Below are positions 39,455 through 54,919 of a DNA stretch of 64,000 nucleotides, piece after piece. Source of the DNA: Octopus vulgaris. Taxonomy: Eukaryota. The stretch lies in contig OX597829.1 in the NCBI GenBank assembly GCA_951406725.2, positions 35,216,001-35,280,000 on the forward strand, read 5' to 3'. Position 1 is the first letter of the stretch. Every line of letters starts with the position of its first letter. The position numbers and the translations under genes are program-made. The notes beneath the pieces were generated by a model. That model had not been told where the DNA came from. It saw nothing but the letters and a program-made list of their open reading frames with translations, and did not search any database.

Positions 39455-40640
39455 CTTAGATTGATTTCGGTCATTATAGGCCCAGGCCATGACCAACGCA
39501 ATAGCACCACCTGGAAAAGCCTTTTAGTTAATCATTTTGGAAAACCATGGACCACTCAAGCAGAGAGTGGATGCTGGTTGTGACGTATCCAGGTGTATCC
39601 GGTATTTTCTGGAGGAATTTGTCCAGGTACCGTTTGAAAGTTGTGGGCCCTTCCTACTTTAATTTTTTTCGGGATAACATTGAAAAGAGCAGGGCCATAT
39701 GCAGTGAAGAAATTGTGTCGCAATGTTCTTGTGTGATATGATCTCGACCTTTATTGGGGACGCATTGCACGGGGTCCCAGTCTTGTGTGAATTGTAAACA
39801 TAATCCCAATATCATTTGGATAATATTGGTGGAGTATTTTTCCATATAGCGCAAATAATGTATCCCTTACAGTGGCGTTGCAGAGAATAGAGTTTCAGCT
39901 GTTTAAGTCGAACCCAATAGTCAAGTCCCATCATGCCATTTAGTTTTTTTAGTGATTGATCTTTGTGGCACTTCGATCCTCATTATGCTTTGTTTCTTTT
40001 TTGTAGAGGGACCACATTGGGCAGCAGTATTCGAGGTGGGGCCTAGTGAATGTGGAGAAGAGAAGGATGATGGTTTCCCGATCCCTAGATTGAAAAGTTC
40101 TGAGGATACATGAGTACATTCTGCGGGCAACATCGATTTTTGTTGATGTGCACACACCAGCTAAGGTTGATGTCGACAGTTACACCCAAGTCTCTAATAT
40201 TAACCGACGGTTCAAGTAGGTGTCCCAACAGTAGTGTATAAGAGGTTGCTGTAGCCCAATTACAGACAGGTCTTTACCCTTGTTGTGTACAGAGACTGAT
40301 TCGAAGTAGCCGTTGGAGAAAATGTCCTTGGCATCTGCTCTGAAAGAATCATGGAGGAAAACAGCAGTTCCACCTTTTCTTCGGCCTGCCCGATCAGCGG
40401 GAGTGGCAGTGAAGTCTCTGATTTTCAGTTCAGCGACCTAAATGACGGTCGTTTAAGTGGGTCTCAGTTTGGACAAAGAAAAAGATTGGATGTGAGTGTG
40501 CTTCAATCCATCCCTCAATGTAGGATATTTTACATTTTTGAGCTTTGATGGCTGGGTTGATACCTTGCGCATTAAGGAGGAATGTCGTTGTTAAGGCAGA
40601 AGCTTCGTTGCGTTTCTTCAAGATCTGAACTCCATGCTTG
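39455..40640 (-). mobile_element. CR1-group LINE remnants (APE N-terminus and RT C-terminus/3' end, internally deleted)
   Basis: FLLNAQGI...QTETHLND (APE); ILRTFQSRDRETIILLFSTFTRPHLEYCCPMWS and YWVRLKQLKLYSLQR (RT C-terminus). Confidence 0.8.
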
Positions 40641-41568
40641 TTGTTATTGAGATTGTTGTTGCTACTCAGTGGTGTTTTCCGCCTTGGGTTGGTAGTAGAG
40701 GTTGAATAGTATTTTTTAAAGGCAAGTTAAATCTATTTACAAATATTTTATCCAAATGCCTTCATATCAAAGTTATTGAAGAAGAAAAATGTCTTTATGC
40801 AGTTTAAATATATATATATATATATATAAAAGAGGTGAGGACCGAAATCCTTCAAAGGGATGTCAAACATCCAAGTCCGCCAGCACAAGCCAAGTAAAGA
40901 ATATATATAAAAATATACATTCAGTATTTGCAAAAACAAATAAATGATGTAAATATATATATATTCTTTTACTTTTTATACTTTCAATCCTAATGCTGTG
41001 GCCATGATCACACACACACGCACGCACACACACACATACACACACACACAAACACGCACACACACACACACGCACACACACATACACACACACACACGCT
41101 CACACACGCGCACACATACGCAGACACACATGCACACACTCACTCACACACATACACGTATACACATATATTTATGCATGGTGATTTATATGTACACACG
41201 CATATGTATGCACATGCACATATACTTACACATTGATTAAGCACAAGACAGCGTAAATAAAGACTTAATTTAATTAAAATATTAGAAAGCCTAAGCATGA
41301 GAGAAATTACAATAGCGTAAATGAATTCTGTCTATGCTTTTGATTTGCGAAAAAAAAAAAGAGGAAATATTAGTTTATTGACCGCTCCTCAGTGTAGATG
41401 TACCTGATTTTCTCCCCTAGCCGACAGGCTTACAATACTCAGATGTCATATAAAAAATCAGAAATTAATGTATTACTGTAGTGGATAAAATAATTTGCAC
41501 ATTTTAATTTTGTGTCTTGTCATATATATGAAAATATATTATGCATGACACAACATGAATCTGAAAGG

Positions 41569-41992
41569 GGATCCTTTTGGTTTGAACGGCAGTTTTTTCT
41601 AGCGATGTCATATGAAATTGTTACCCATAATTATAATCCTAGCATCGATCTATTGCATTTCAATCTGTTTTAGGGTTAGGGTTAGGGATAGGGGTGGGGG
41701 GAAGGGTATCTTTTTTTCTTCACAAATGTAAATAAACCCAATCTGTTTCTTAAACGAGGGACATATTCATGCGGGACAGAATGTTTTTTTACCTCAATAG
41801 ACGTCAGTGATTGGTTGAAATTGCAGAAATTGAAGAAAAAACCCACAAATATGTTACAAACTATAGAATTTTCTCAATAAAGCCAAGAGAAAAAGATGTT
41901 TTATAGACACATTCTACCAGTATACGAAGTTTAAACTTTTTTTAGTTACCTAGAAATTACGTTAAAAACTGCCGTTCAAACCGAAAAGATCC
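41569..41992. mobile_element. Non-autonomous TIR element (MITE) with internal (TTAGGG)3
   Basis: TIRs GGATCCTTTTGGTTTGAACGGCAGTTTTT / AAAAACTGCCGTTCAAACCGAAAAGATCC. Telomere-type repeats at 41670-41687. Confidence 0.75.
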
Positions 41993-42008
41993 ATATTTAT
42001 TGATATTA

Positions 42009-42110
42009 AGCAGAAGCAACAGAGTGACTCAAGGTCCGAGAGTTTCAGGCATTAGAACTTGTGCCAACGCATGAAACTCTCGGACCTTGAGTCACTCTGT
42101 TGCTTCTGCT
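42009..42110. repeat. 39-bp perfect inverted repeat with a half hammerhead (PLE-derived)
   Basis: Arms at 42009-42047 / 42072-42110; contains GAAACTC..GAGTC-ACTCT. Confidence 0.8.
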
Positions 42111-42201
42111 AAATGTTTATAGACATATACATATACTCTCATATTCTGAGTTCTAATTTTTCGGTTTGCACCAGCATACCTGTATATATACATGTACTCA
42201 T

Positions 42202-42531
42202 GAGTGAGGGTGCGTGGCTTAGTGGTTAGGGCATTCGGCTCATGATCGTAAGGTTGTGAGTTCGATTCCCGGCGACGCGTTGTGTCCTTGAGCAAGACAC
42301 TTTATTTTACGTTGCTCCAGTCCACTCAGCTGGCAAAAATGAGTTGTACTTGTATTTCAAAGGGTCAGCCTTGTCACTCTCTGTGTCACGCTGATTATCC
42401 CCGAGAACTACGTTAAGGGTACACGTGTCTGTGGAATGCTCAGCCATTTGCACGTTAATTTCACGGGCAAGCTGTTCCGTTGATCGTATCAGCTGGGACC
42501 CTCGTCGTCGTAACCGGCGGAGTCTTTAAGA
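42202..42531 (+). mobile_element. tRNA-derived CORE-type SINE with 12-bp TSD
   Basis: A-box TGGCTTAGTGG, B-box GTTCGATTCC, and CORE-like TTGTGTCCTTGAGCAAGACACTT. ACATGTACTCAT occurs at 42190-42201 and 42532-42543. Confidence 0.9.
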
Positions 42532-42693
42532 ACATGTACTCATACTTTGAATTCTATCTTTCCTATTTGCACCAACACACCTGTACGTACGTACGTACGT
42601 ACGTACGTACGTACATACATACATACATACATACATACGTACGTACGTACGTACATACATACATACATACATACATACATACATACATACATG

Positions 42694-42759
<66 letters not shown>

Positions 42760-43296
42760 GTTGGGTGTGTTTTGCGTACCGTTACTTAATAAATGAAAAA
42801 AAAGCAACGACAGGTAAAAAATGTATACGTATACACAGAGGGCCCCTTATTCTTCATCAGTTATCAACCAGAACGGTAATACTCTGTTTCGCACCAGTAG
42901 TGATAAGACTGAGGACCTCCCATATTAGAGGTGTCTGCAAAAGACGCGGAGAATGTCGAGCCTCAAGCAAACAAGTAACAGTGTGGACGTACAAAAATAA
43001 AAAAATGAGTATTTTAAGACGATCGACAAAGAAGAAAGGAGCAAAAGAGGCCTTCGAGCAAAAACACAAGAATGGTGGGTAACGCTTAGAAGAAATCCTG
43101 AAGGATATACACACCAACAAATAGCAAGACAGAAAAGTTTTCGTTCTTTGCGACTGAATCGCTGGGCGGCCAGTACGAGAAAGAGAGAGAGAATGGAAGA
43201 AAGCTGGCCACGGGCCATGTGTCAGCAGCAGGTAGAGGAGAAAGGGAGAGAGGGCGACAGAGAGTAGATAGAGAGAAAATAGGGGAAAAAATGAAG

Positions 43297-43344
<48 letters not shown>

Positions 43345-43348
<4 letters not shown>

Positions 43349-44159
43349 ACGAACGAAAATATATTTAGATAATTTCTCGTTTTTTACGACGCGAATTAGA
43401 ACACCGCTCTCAGGGTTTGCAAGCGAATATGAAAAAAATAGTTCTTTATGGCCACATGACTCATTAAAGCGTAAGCGGTATGGTTTTGGCGCGATTTTTG
43501 CTGTGTGGACGAACTATAAAAACTGCTAGTGAACATGTGGCTATTGAGTTAGTTTGTGCTGAGTTTGTTCAACGAGAGTCGACGGTGTCGAACAGTAGGT
43601 TTGAAGTCTGCTGGAAGACTATGTGCAACGTTGGCGTGTGATATGCTGGGAAGTCGACGTGAGTGGTTTTATGTAGTAAGTCGGCGCCATGCGGTCGATG
43701 TGTGAGATGTTGCCGAGCAGTTCGTGTGGAACAGTTGACACAGTAGTTGGTTTCGGCGGTTAATGTGAACGGGGAGAAACTTTTTAATTTGCTGCGAAAA
43801 TAGTCAGTGCGAACTTGGCAACGTAAAGAATGTGGAATGGCACCGTGAATTAAGAAGTAACAAGAGTCCAGCCGAAATAAAAAAAGATAAAAAAAAAGAT
43901 TGAAAATAAATCATTAGACTGGTGAATAAAAGAAAAGCTCACCAAAAGAAGTCTACACATTCCAGAGGTAAATGAAAGAACTCTCTAAAAACATTCTAAA
44001 CAACTGTCTATTTATTCCATAAATGTTTATTCAACTCTCAATTAAAGTTCTTTCATTTTGGTTATACTCAATGTTTGATTACTTCTTCTTACCCTCTAAT
44101 CAAGTTCGTTTGCTGAGGTCGTTGGGGATATCAAGAGGTAGCGTGCGTACAGCGTAACA
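43345..44159 (+). mobile_element. Solo LTR (~815 bp)
   Basis: Termini TGTTACG...CGTAACA form a 7-bp inverted pair (TG..CA). CTATAAAA lies near 43514 with AATAAA/ATTAAA downstream. Inserted in (TA)n. Confidence 0.7.
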
Positions 44160-44182
44160 GTATATATATATATATATATATA

Positions 44183-44507
44183 TATAATTATTGATAATAA
44201 AGAGTATGGAGACTTGTACATCTGCAGCATATATTTTATAGTTTGACCATCCACGAAATGAATCCGTCCATTTGGTCATCCTCGAAGTGAACTTCGAGGA
44301 TGACCAAATGGATGGATTCACTTCGAAGATTGTCAAATGGACGGACTCTAATAAAGCTGCACAGACAATAATGCAAGATTGCATATACAACAGTGAGTAG
44401 TCGTTGTCGCGGAAACACGTTTAGGTCATCATAATATGGTGTATATAAATATAAAATAAATTTTGTAGATGTACAAGTCTTCATGCCCTTTATTATTAAT
44501 AATTATA
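44183..44507. repeat. Nested inverted-repeat element
   Basis: Outer 44-bp IR at 44183-44226 / 44464-44507 (5 mismatches); inner 30-bp hairpin at 44259-44320. Confidence 0.75.
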
Positions 44508-44509
44508 CA

Positions 44510-45960
44510 CTCCAGACAATTTTTAGCGTCCAGCAAAGCGTGCTCGGAATTACCCATCGGAAGTACTCACGGAGTGGCTAGCAACAAATTGTAATCACAG
44601 TCATTAAATACCGATCGTAGTGGTTAGCCGTTAACTGAAAACTGAGTGTTAATTTATCCACCCGGATAATAAATTTCTCTAACTCAGTGGGTTGAGTTAA
44701 AGGTTATATCCCTTGGTACCAAAACATCGTTACTGGGAATGATTTTCTTGCAAGTCGGCAAGAGTTTTCTGGAAAAGAGTTGGTGGGAAATGTCTGTCTT
44801 GGTTTTCTTTTTGAAATGTGATGTTTGTAGTGGTACTGTATGTTTAACCTTTGCGATGGGTGGGGGTAGGAGTGTGGGCATACACAACTGTGTTCGTTAG
44901 AGGGTTTCCTTTCTTTTATGTATTGGTTAAATTATGTGTGCATGGGGTATGTGTAGGGGTACAATATGTGAGGGAACTTATATTGGGGTGGTCGAAAAAG
45001 TCTACTGGGTAGGTGTTCACCGTGCTGGGGCGCGTGTGTTTGTGGGTGCGTTAGTGTATACTCCGGTTAAGCGTTTTACTGGATTCCCAGGTATTGGTGG
45101 AGGGTCGAAGTTGGAGGACTGGTGATTATAGTCATGATGTGGCGCGAAGATATAATAGGATGTTCTTCCTTTAATGTGAACAAGGAATAAAAATTTCACT
45201 TCTGCTATCTAGGTAAGTGCCTGGCTGCTGGGTACTCTTTTCTCAGCCAGGCATAACCTGCATTGCCTGCTGCTATTGAAATACGTTTTATATTTCTCTA
45301 GAATGTTCCACTTTGTGCTGTAATCGGTGGTAATTTCTTTCATTGACCATATGAGTTTGGCTAGGGTTGTAGTGTTACATTTCTCCAGGTTGTTATAGCG
45401 GGTTCAGTTGATGTCTTCAGTTGCTCCCAAGTACTTTAGCACGTTTGGTTGCTCATTTGGTCCCAAGGCTGTTATCTCTGCCTCGTATACGACGGTCCCC
45501 GTGTTACAGTGGCTGTTCAGTGGACATATTGTGTTACCCTTACACGAGCATCCTGTCTTTTACATAGGGTGCAAAGCTAAAGGGTATACCTATTGAATAT
45601 TTTGCTGAGCCTATTTGTACGGGGGAAGTGCTGTCTATTAAGCTAAGGAAAATCTTACCTACTCGGGTTTTAGTACTTAAAGAGAAGAGTGGTGTGAACC
45701 ACAACACTTCCCGGGTGTGCTTTCCATTGGAGGGGTTAGGGTTTGCCGTGTAATTAATTCTATTTTTGAAACTGCGCTTGAGCTTCATTGCGGTACGGGG
45801 TGGCGGCATCAAAAATATATTTATTTGACCATAGGTTGGAGATTTTTCTGTTGACATTTTTTTACCAGATTCTTGAAAATTGTGGCTGGATGACAGGAAC
45901 CTGTGTTAATATATGATAGCTTCTCGTTAGGCTTCCTAAAGGGCCTATAGGCACCGGATT
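44510..45960 (-). mobile_element. Naiad-like PLE 3' portion
   Basis: REVLWFTPLFSLSTKTRVGKIFLSLID; GCSCKGNTICPLNSHCNTGTVVYEAEI (CxCx5C linker); YLGATE; TTLAKLIWSMK; CRLCLAEK. Confidence 0.8.
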
Positions 45961-45974
45961 TCAAATATATGTAT

Positions 45975-46185
45975 AGTCTTCTACTATAGCTCCGGGCGGG
46001 CCAAAACCATGTAAGTGGATTTGGTTGGCGGAAAATGAAAAGAAGCCCGCCGTATATATATATCTATCTATGTATATATGTGTGTGTGTGTGTGCGCGCG
46101 CGCGCGCGTGTGTGCATGCATGTATGTATGTGTACTCCAGCATGGCTGCAGTCAAATGACCTAAACCAGTAAAATATAAAAGATA
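45975..46185 (+). mobile_element. SINE family A fragment
   Basis: GTCTTCTACTATAGC...GTAAGTGGATTTGG and tail CTCCAGCATGGCTGCAGTCAAATGAC. Confidence 0.7.
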
Positions 46186-46471
46186 AATGACACACACACA
46201 CGCACACATACACACAATAGATCTGCTCAAAATATAGGAATGTGTTAGCGGAGGCATTTCTGTATATATAATGGGAAATACGCAACATTGGGGGTCCAAT
46301 TATATTGTGACATTTTGTGTCACTCCTTCATATAGCTAGCTACCTACCTACCTATCTACACACATACATACACACATATACACAGACATACACACATATA
46401 TATTTATATACATACGTATATATACATATATATATATACATACATATATAATTATATGTATATATATCAAT

Positions 46472-46526
<55 letters not shown>

Positions 46527-47908
46527 TACACACATATACATACATGTATACATATAAACATATATGTCTGTTTGCGTGTGTATATGTGTGTATGTGTGTT
46601 TGTAAAAATGCATATATATTCATGTATATATGTATAAATATATATCATATGTAAGCAAATTCATAACTATATACACATATATGTCTGTGTATATATATAT
46701 TAGTATATGAATACCAGCATGTATACGAATATATACGTATATACTTACATCTGTGTGCAAATATATTTTGTGCAGTATGAACATACGTTTTTTAAGCATG
46801 CATACATAGAGACGCACATACACACGTGAATATATATGTATGTGTGTATGTATGCTTGTATGTGTGTGTGTGTGTATGTTTGTTTGTATGCGTATAAAGA
46901 AAATTACATCAACTGATAGATGTCTGATAGATGTCATGAGGCTATCACTTGCTCTTGGATCGAATATTTATCACTACGATCTTTTGGCCTCGGGTTATTA
47001 CACTTACTAAAAGCGCTAGGACTTAACGAACATAATAATGAAAGGTACAACAAAGATAATATATAAATAGACGTAGAAATTAAATTTGTATTTATATATG
47101 TATTTATTTGTGTATGTGTTTGTGTATGCTTGTACATAGATGCGTCGGATATGCACACATTAATGCTTATACGCATTTACCCGAGTATATATGCGTCACT
47201 CTCTGTTTGTATGTATACACATATAGATATATATAAACACACATATGCTGATGTTTGCATATATATATATATATATATATATATGCATGTATATGCAAAC
47301 ATGCAAATGTATTTGTGTATGTATGCATATATATATATAAATGTATAAAGTATTATTTTACCAGAGGTATATATAATGTGTCTACAAATTTCATCAGAGC
47401 TACTTTAACGTAACGCCTTCCAACTAAATACAAACACGATATGAGTTTTAACGTTCTAAAACATTATCTTCCACAAAATTGACCCCTCCCGCCTTCTCCT
47501 TTCACCTTGACTTTCACCTAACCATACGCCTTTTCGAAACTTCTCGCCTGTTCCTCAATGCATCACTGCTGCAATCTTTTGTCTACTTAATAAAATAGCT
47601 TTATATTTACAGCTTTTTGATGTATATTTTCTTTTCCTTTGGTTTTTATTAATTTTGGGGTTTTCTTTTTACATTTCCTCAAAAATCTATTAAAAGCATA
47701 AGTGATTTGTATATTCGTACATGTCACGACAGATATACTTCTATGTATCTATCATACATCTATGTCTTCCCTATCATTATATGTTACGCTCTCTCTCTCT
47801 CCCTATCTTGCTTACTCATCTGTCTGTTTGTCTGTTTGTCAGTCTACCAGTCTGCCTGCCTGTCTGCCTGTCTCTTTGTCTGTCCGTCTGCCTGCTTGTC
47901 TGTCTGAC

Positions 47909-47970
<62 letters not shown>

Positions 47971-48019
47971 TCTATCTATCAATTTTATATCCTTTCTTTC
48001 TCCTTCACTCTAAACACCA

Positions 48020-48073
<54 letters not shown>

Positions 48074-48074
48074 A

Positions 48075-48645
48075 TGTCCTGAAAGAGAAGCACACTTTAA
48101 GCAGAAGAATATATCGATAAAGATAGCTATGGTTGGTCTATGGTGTTGCCCCCGGTTTCACGTCCATAAAGTGCTTAGTTTTACGGCCTCTCTTCTGATC
48201 CTAAAACCCGTTGGCCTATGGCCTCTCTTGTAAATGGCCTCTTTAGAAAATGAAGGAGGAAATGACTTCGTTACAACAAGGGATTGTCTCCCTTTGACTA
48301 TTAATTGACCATGTTGACGTGTTAATCCCAGGAGGCCAACAGGAATTTCCTAAAGTGCAAGTCGGGTCCGAAGACCACCGTCCTGGAGTTAAGAATGTTC
48401 CCCGGTTCGAGGAAGTGCTTTAATAACCTCGACCATTCGGCTATGCGAAGTTTACAACGCTCAGTCCCATAAGGGCCTGGATTTTCTAGGATATTCCATG
48501 ATATCACGTGTGGAATTTCATCGTCTTTCAGCCGTCATACATGGCTAGCTAAGGACGTAGCGTATCTCCTTTCCGGGATCCTGAAAGAGGATCTGTGGTT
48601 GTAGAGGTGCTGTTTGAACGTGTTACCGAAACATCCGATGTATCT
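48075..48645 (-). mobile_element. Naiad-like PLE GIY-YIG 3' fragment
   Basis: YIGCFGNTFKQHLYNHRSSFR...ATSLASHV*RLK...ISWNILE...CKLRIAE...ILNSRT. Confidence 0.75.
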
Positions 48646-49544
48646 TAGTGTGCAGGTGTTAGCGATTCTGTTTCTGTCGATGTTGACGCTGCTGCCGTTG
48701 TTATTGGTGTTGGTGCTGGCATCGTCAAATGAGCCGTTTGTGTTAGTGACTTCGCCGATGTCGTTAATACTGGCGTAGGGGACATCATCGGTTGCACTAT
48801 TGTTGGTGTTATAGCCATGTTGTTGGTGTTGTTGGATCTGTTATCGGCGCTATCGTTGTTATTGTTATCGTTAGCGATGGCTTTGCTGCTATTTCTGTTC
48901 GGGATGCTGGCAATCACAGCAGCAATAACAACAACAATAACAACGATTGCAACGGCACATGTATGTAAAATTAAAATGTATAATATATGTGTGTGAGTGT
49001 GTGTGTATTTATGTGCGTGCGTGTAAGTTCTGTATACATATACGTACACCTCCCACACACATGCAATTTGTAATATGTACTTTTATACATTTTGAATATA
49101 TAAATACACTTATAAATACATACACATATACAGGTTTGCATATGTGCATATATCTTTGGGTTTTAAATTCTTAATGGAATTCCAGCCGGTCGCCAGCAAA
49201 GTGACAAGACTATTTGAACTAAGGAAGTTCCCGGGATTTGTAAATAAAATATGCGGGTAACTTAGTGTGCGCACATGTAAATGTAAGCACCTGCATTTCT
49301 GTTCTGTGTGAACATGTCTCTGAAATACTTAGATGTTTGCATGTATGTATCATTACTTCTTTACTTGTGTGTCATTGTCGATGCACGCAACCATGCGTTC
49401 ATGTTTTCATTAAAAAAAATTCAGATGGAGAGACTCTGGGATGTGTTACAAAGTTTCACTGTGCCACGGATAGATAGAAATTGGAAGATGTGTGTCAGTA
49501 TCTTTACCTCTTTCTTTAAAAAAAAAATTGTCCTAGGCTTTCGT

Positions 49545-50030
49545 ATAAATACATAATTTTTGTAACCTAATGCACCTATGATGAGAGGTACGAATGAGAA
49601 TTCATAGTCAGGGTACAAGAGCTGTAAGATCCACATTAATACGCCATAAATGATCTCTTTTTTCCTGGACATTGTACATTGAGTTCGCTGGACAGCTAAC
49701 CTCTACAACAGCGCATGGCTTTTGTTCCGTGTCCCATAGAACAATATTAAGTCTGTTGAGTTTTCACCGGATTGATCTTTTGTTTTGTTTGGGGGTATTC
49801 CACCAGTATTCCTTGTTTTGAAAGGTATGAATACATTCTGGTTCTCACATGCTTTTGGTATATCTGTCAGGGAAATACTTCCTGCAGAGAGCATTTTAAA
49901 TAGTTTTTGCGACTATGTCATATCTTAAGGATAGATAATATCACGTAAACATTTTGGAGCAGATGATATGGGTGATATTTTCCATATGGGTGCGTAACAC
50001 AACCGACATTTTCTATCGCAACGTGGAGGT
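49545..50030 (-). mobile_element. Decayed RLE-type (R4/NeSL-like) LINE C-terminus
   Basis: [19 protein letters not shown] (CCHC/RHD region), EVSCPA, and LQLLYPDYEFSFVPLIIGALGY. Confidence 0.65.
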
Positions 50031-50045
50031 TTTTAGAAGTCAACA

Positions 50046-51093
<1,048 letters not shown>

Positions 51094-51094
<1 letters not shown>

Positions 51095-51465
51095 TAGCAG
51101 TATCGCCCGGCGTTGCTCGGGTCTGTAAGGGAAATAACTATAAAGCATTTTTAGAGAGTTATAGCCAAAAAATGGAAAAAAATGATGGTAATTTTTTTTT
51201 TTTAGTTAAAAAGGTCGAGTTGCGTCCCCTAGACAGTCTGTGGTTTGTGTTTCTGATTCTCGACCCCATGTCGAATTTATCGATTTTTTTCAGAACTGGG
51301 GGAACTTTTCAAAATGTTCGCTGCGTTAGTTTTGAATTATGACATTGGGCTATGTGTGTGTCAAGTTTCATCAGAATCGGTTGAAAGCCGTGGTCAGGGT
51401 GAGGGTACAACCTAACAGACACAGATAAACACACACAGACAAACTGCCGTTTATATATAGAGAGA
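51094..51465 (-). mobile_element. Non-autonomous Helitron
   Basis: The minus strand has an A|TC 5' end (51465), a subterminal hairpin CCCGAGCAACGCCGGG, and a CTAG|T 3' end (51094). Confidence 0.75.
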
Positions 51466-51484
51466 TATATACATATATATATAC

Positions 51485-51556
<72 letters not shown>

Positions 51557-51583
51557 GTATATATATATGTATATATATATATG

Positions 51584-51630
<47 letters not shown>

Positions 51631-51770
51631 GTATATATATATATGTATATATATATATGTATATATATATATGTATATATATATGTATGTATATATATAT
51701 ATATGTATATATATGTATGTATATATATGTATATATGTATATATATACACACATATATATATATATATAC
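51466..51770. repeat. (TA)n/(TATG)-interrupted array
   Basis: Directly visible. Confidence 0.9.
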
Positions 51771-51839
51771 TTATTAAGGGAGTGCTCCAGCATGGCCACA
51801 CTCAAATGACTGAAATAAGAATAAGAATTAATATATATG

Positions 51840-52573
51840 CAGCTAACCTGGCTACACCAAGCACAGAGAAGGAACCCTGCCCACCACTATGCAAGACCAC
51901 CACAGTCAACAGACACGGGATGGCCTCCCCTAACGCCTGCACAGCCGTCACCCCAATACTTTTACTAAATATTGGGGGCCTGTTGCATCAAAATAGAAAC
52001 AAAATTTCTTTCCTGAGAGATCTTACTGCATGCAATCAAGCCCTATGCATAGCACTTGTGGAAACTCACCTCAACCCTGATATAGAGGACGCAGAAGTAC
52101 ACATACCAAACTATGCCATACTACGAACAGACAGACGGGAAAGGAGCCATGGTGGAGTTGCTGTATACATACGAGATGACCTCACACCCCAGGTCTTGAT
52201 GACATACTCAAATTCGGTATGTGACACCTTAATTGTATACATAAGACAACATAATATAGTCATATGCAATACATATTGCCCACCGGATGCCCCAAATCAC
52301 ATAGGCAAGTTTGAAGATTGCCTCACAAGAATTAAAGAAATTAAAGAAGGTCACATACTCTCAGGAATGAATCATTGCAAGCAAGTACAGGTGGAGTCCC
52401 TGCTCAACCTCACCAATGCCTTATTCAAGCCAACTAGGGCGAATAACATTCTGGATCTCTGCTTCACGAACAATATGGACATCATTCATGATGTGAAAGT
52501 GACACCGACATCAGTTTCGGATCACAAAATAATAGAGCTGTCTATGTTTGGGCCGAAAGTAACCAGAGACTGA
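51840..52573 (+). mobile_element. CR1-group LINE APE endonuclease fragment (open frame, internal deletions)
   Basis: [62 protein letters not shown] and SDHKII. Confidence 0.88.
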
Positions 52574-52890
52574 TGCACCGCCGTTTTGTGCTACACTGTT
52601 ATTACGACGAATCTCGTCTAATATGTGGCACTTGGTGAAGATTGGAGTTTGATACCGCTACTCTCATTTGCACCTCATGCCGTAAGGTAGGTTCATCTGG
52701 GACTCTTGACAGGAAGGTGTCCAGTTTTGATTTAAAAACCGCTACATCTACTTTGTGCAAGTTCCTCAGACTCTTTGGGAGAATATTAAAAAGCTGTGGG
52801 CCCTTGAAACCCAGGCTGTTGCAGAAGCTGGTCCTGAAGCGTGATGGCATTGCTGGGATCTTTGGCACTATGCAGTGTCGTCCCGTTCTC
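52571..52890 (-). mobile_element. CR1-group LINE ORF2 C-terminus and start of 3' UTR
   Basis: NSLGFKGPQLFNILPKSLRNL...FKSKLDTFLSRVPDEP. Confidence 0.8.
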
Positions 52891-52891
52891 T

Positions 52892-52958
<67 letters not shown>

Positions 52959-52978
52959 GGTCCCGGGTTGATTCGGGG

Positions 52979-54915
<1,937 letters not shown>

Positions 54916-54919
54916 ATTA

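Noticed and set aside
42205-42280. tRNA gene
   Set aside because: The A/B boxes run into a CORE-like body and are flanked by a TSD, so this is a SINE head.
48530-48545. In-frame TGA as selenocysteine in a Naiad-like fragment
   Set aside because: It aligns to a conserved Trp (HVW) in a decayed copy, so it is an ordinary nonsense mutation.
48645-48950. Ala/Thr/Asn-rich ORF
   Set aside because: Degenerate trinucleotide low-complexity sequence with no recognisable domain or splice evidence.
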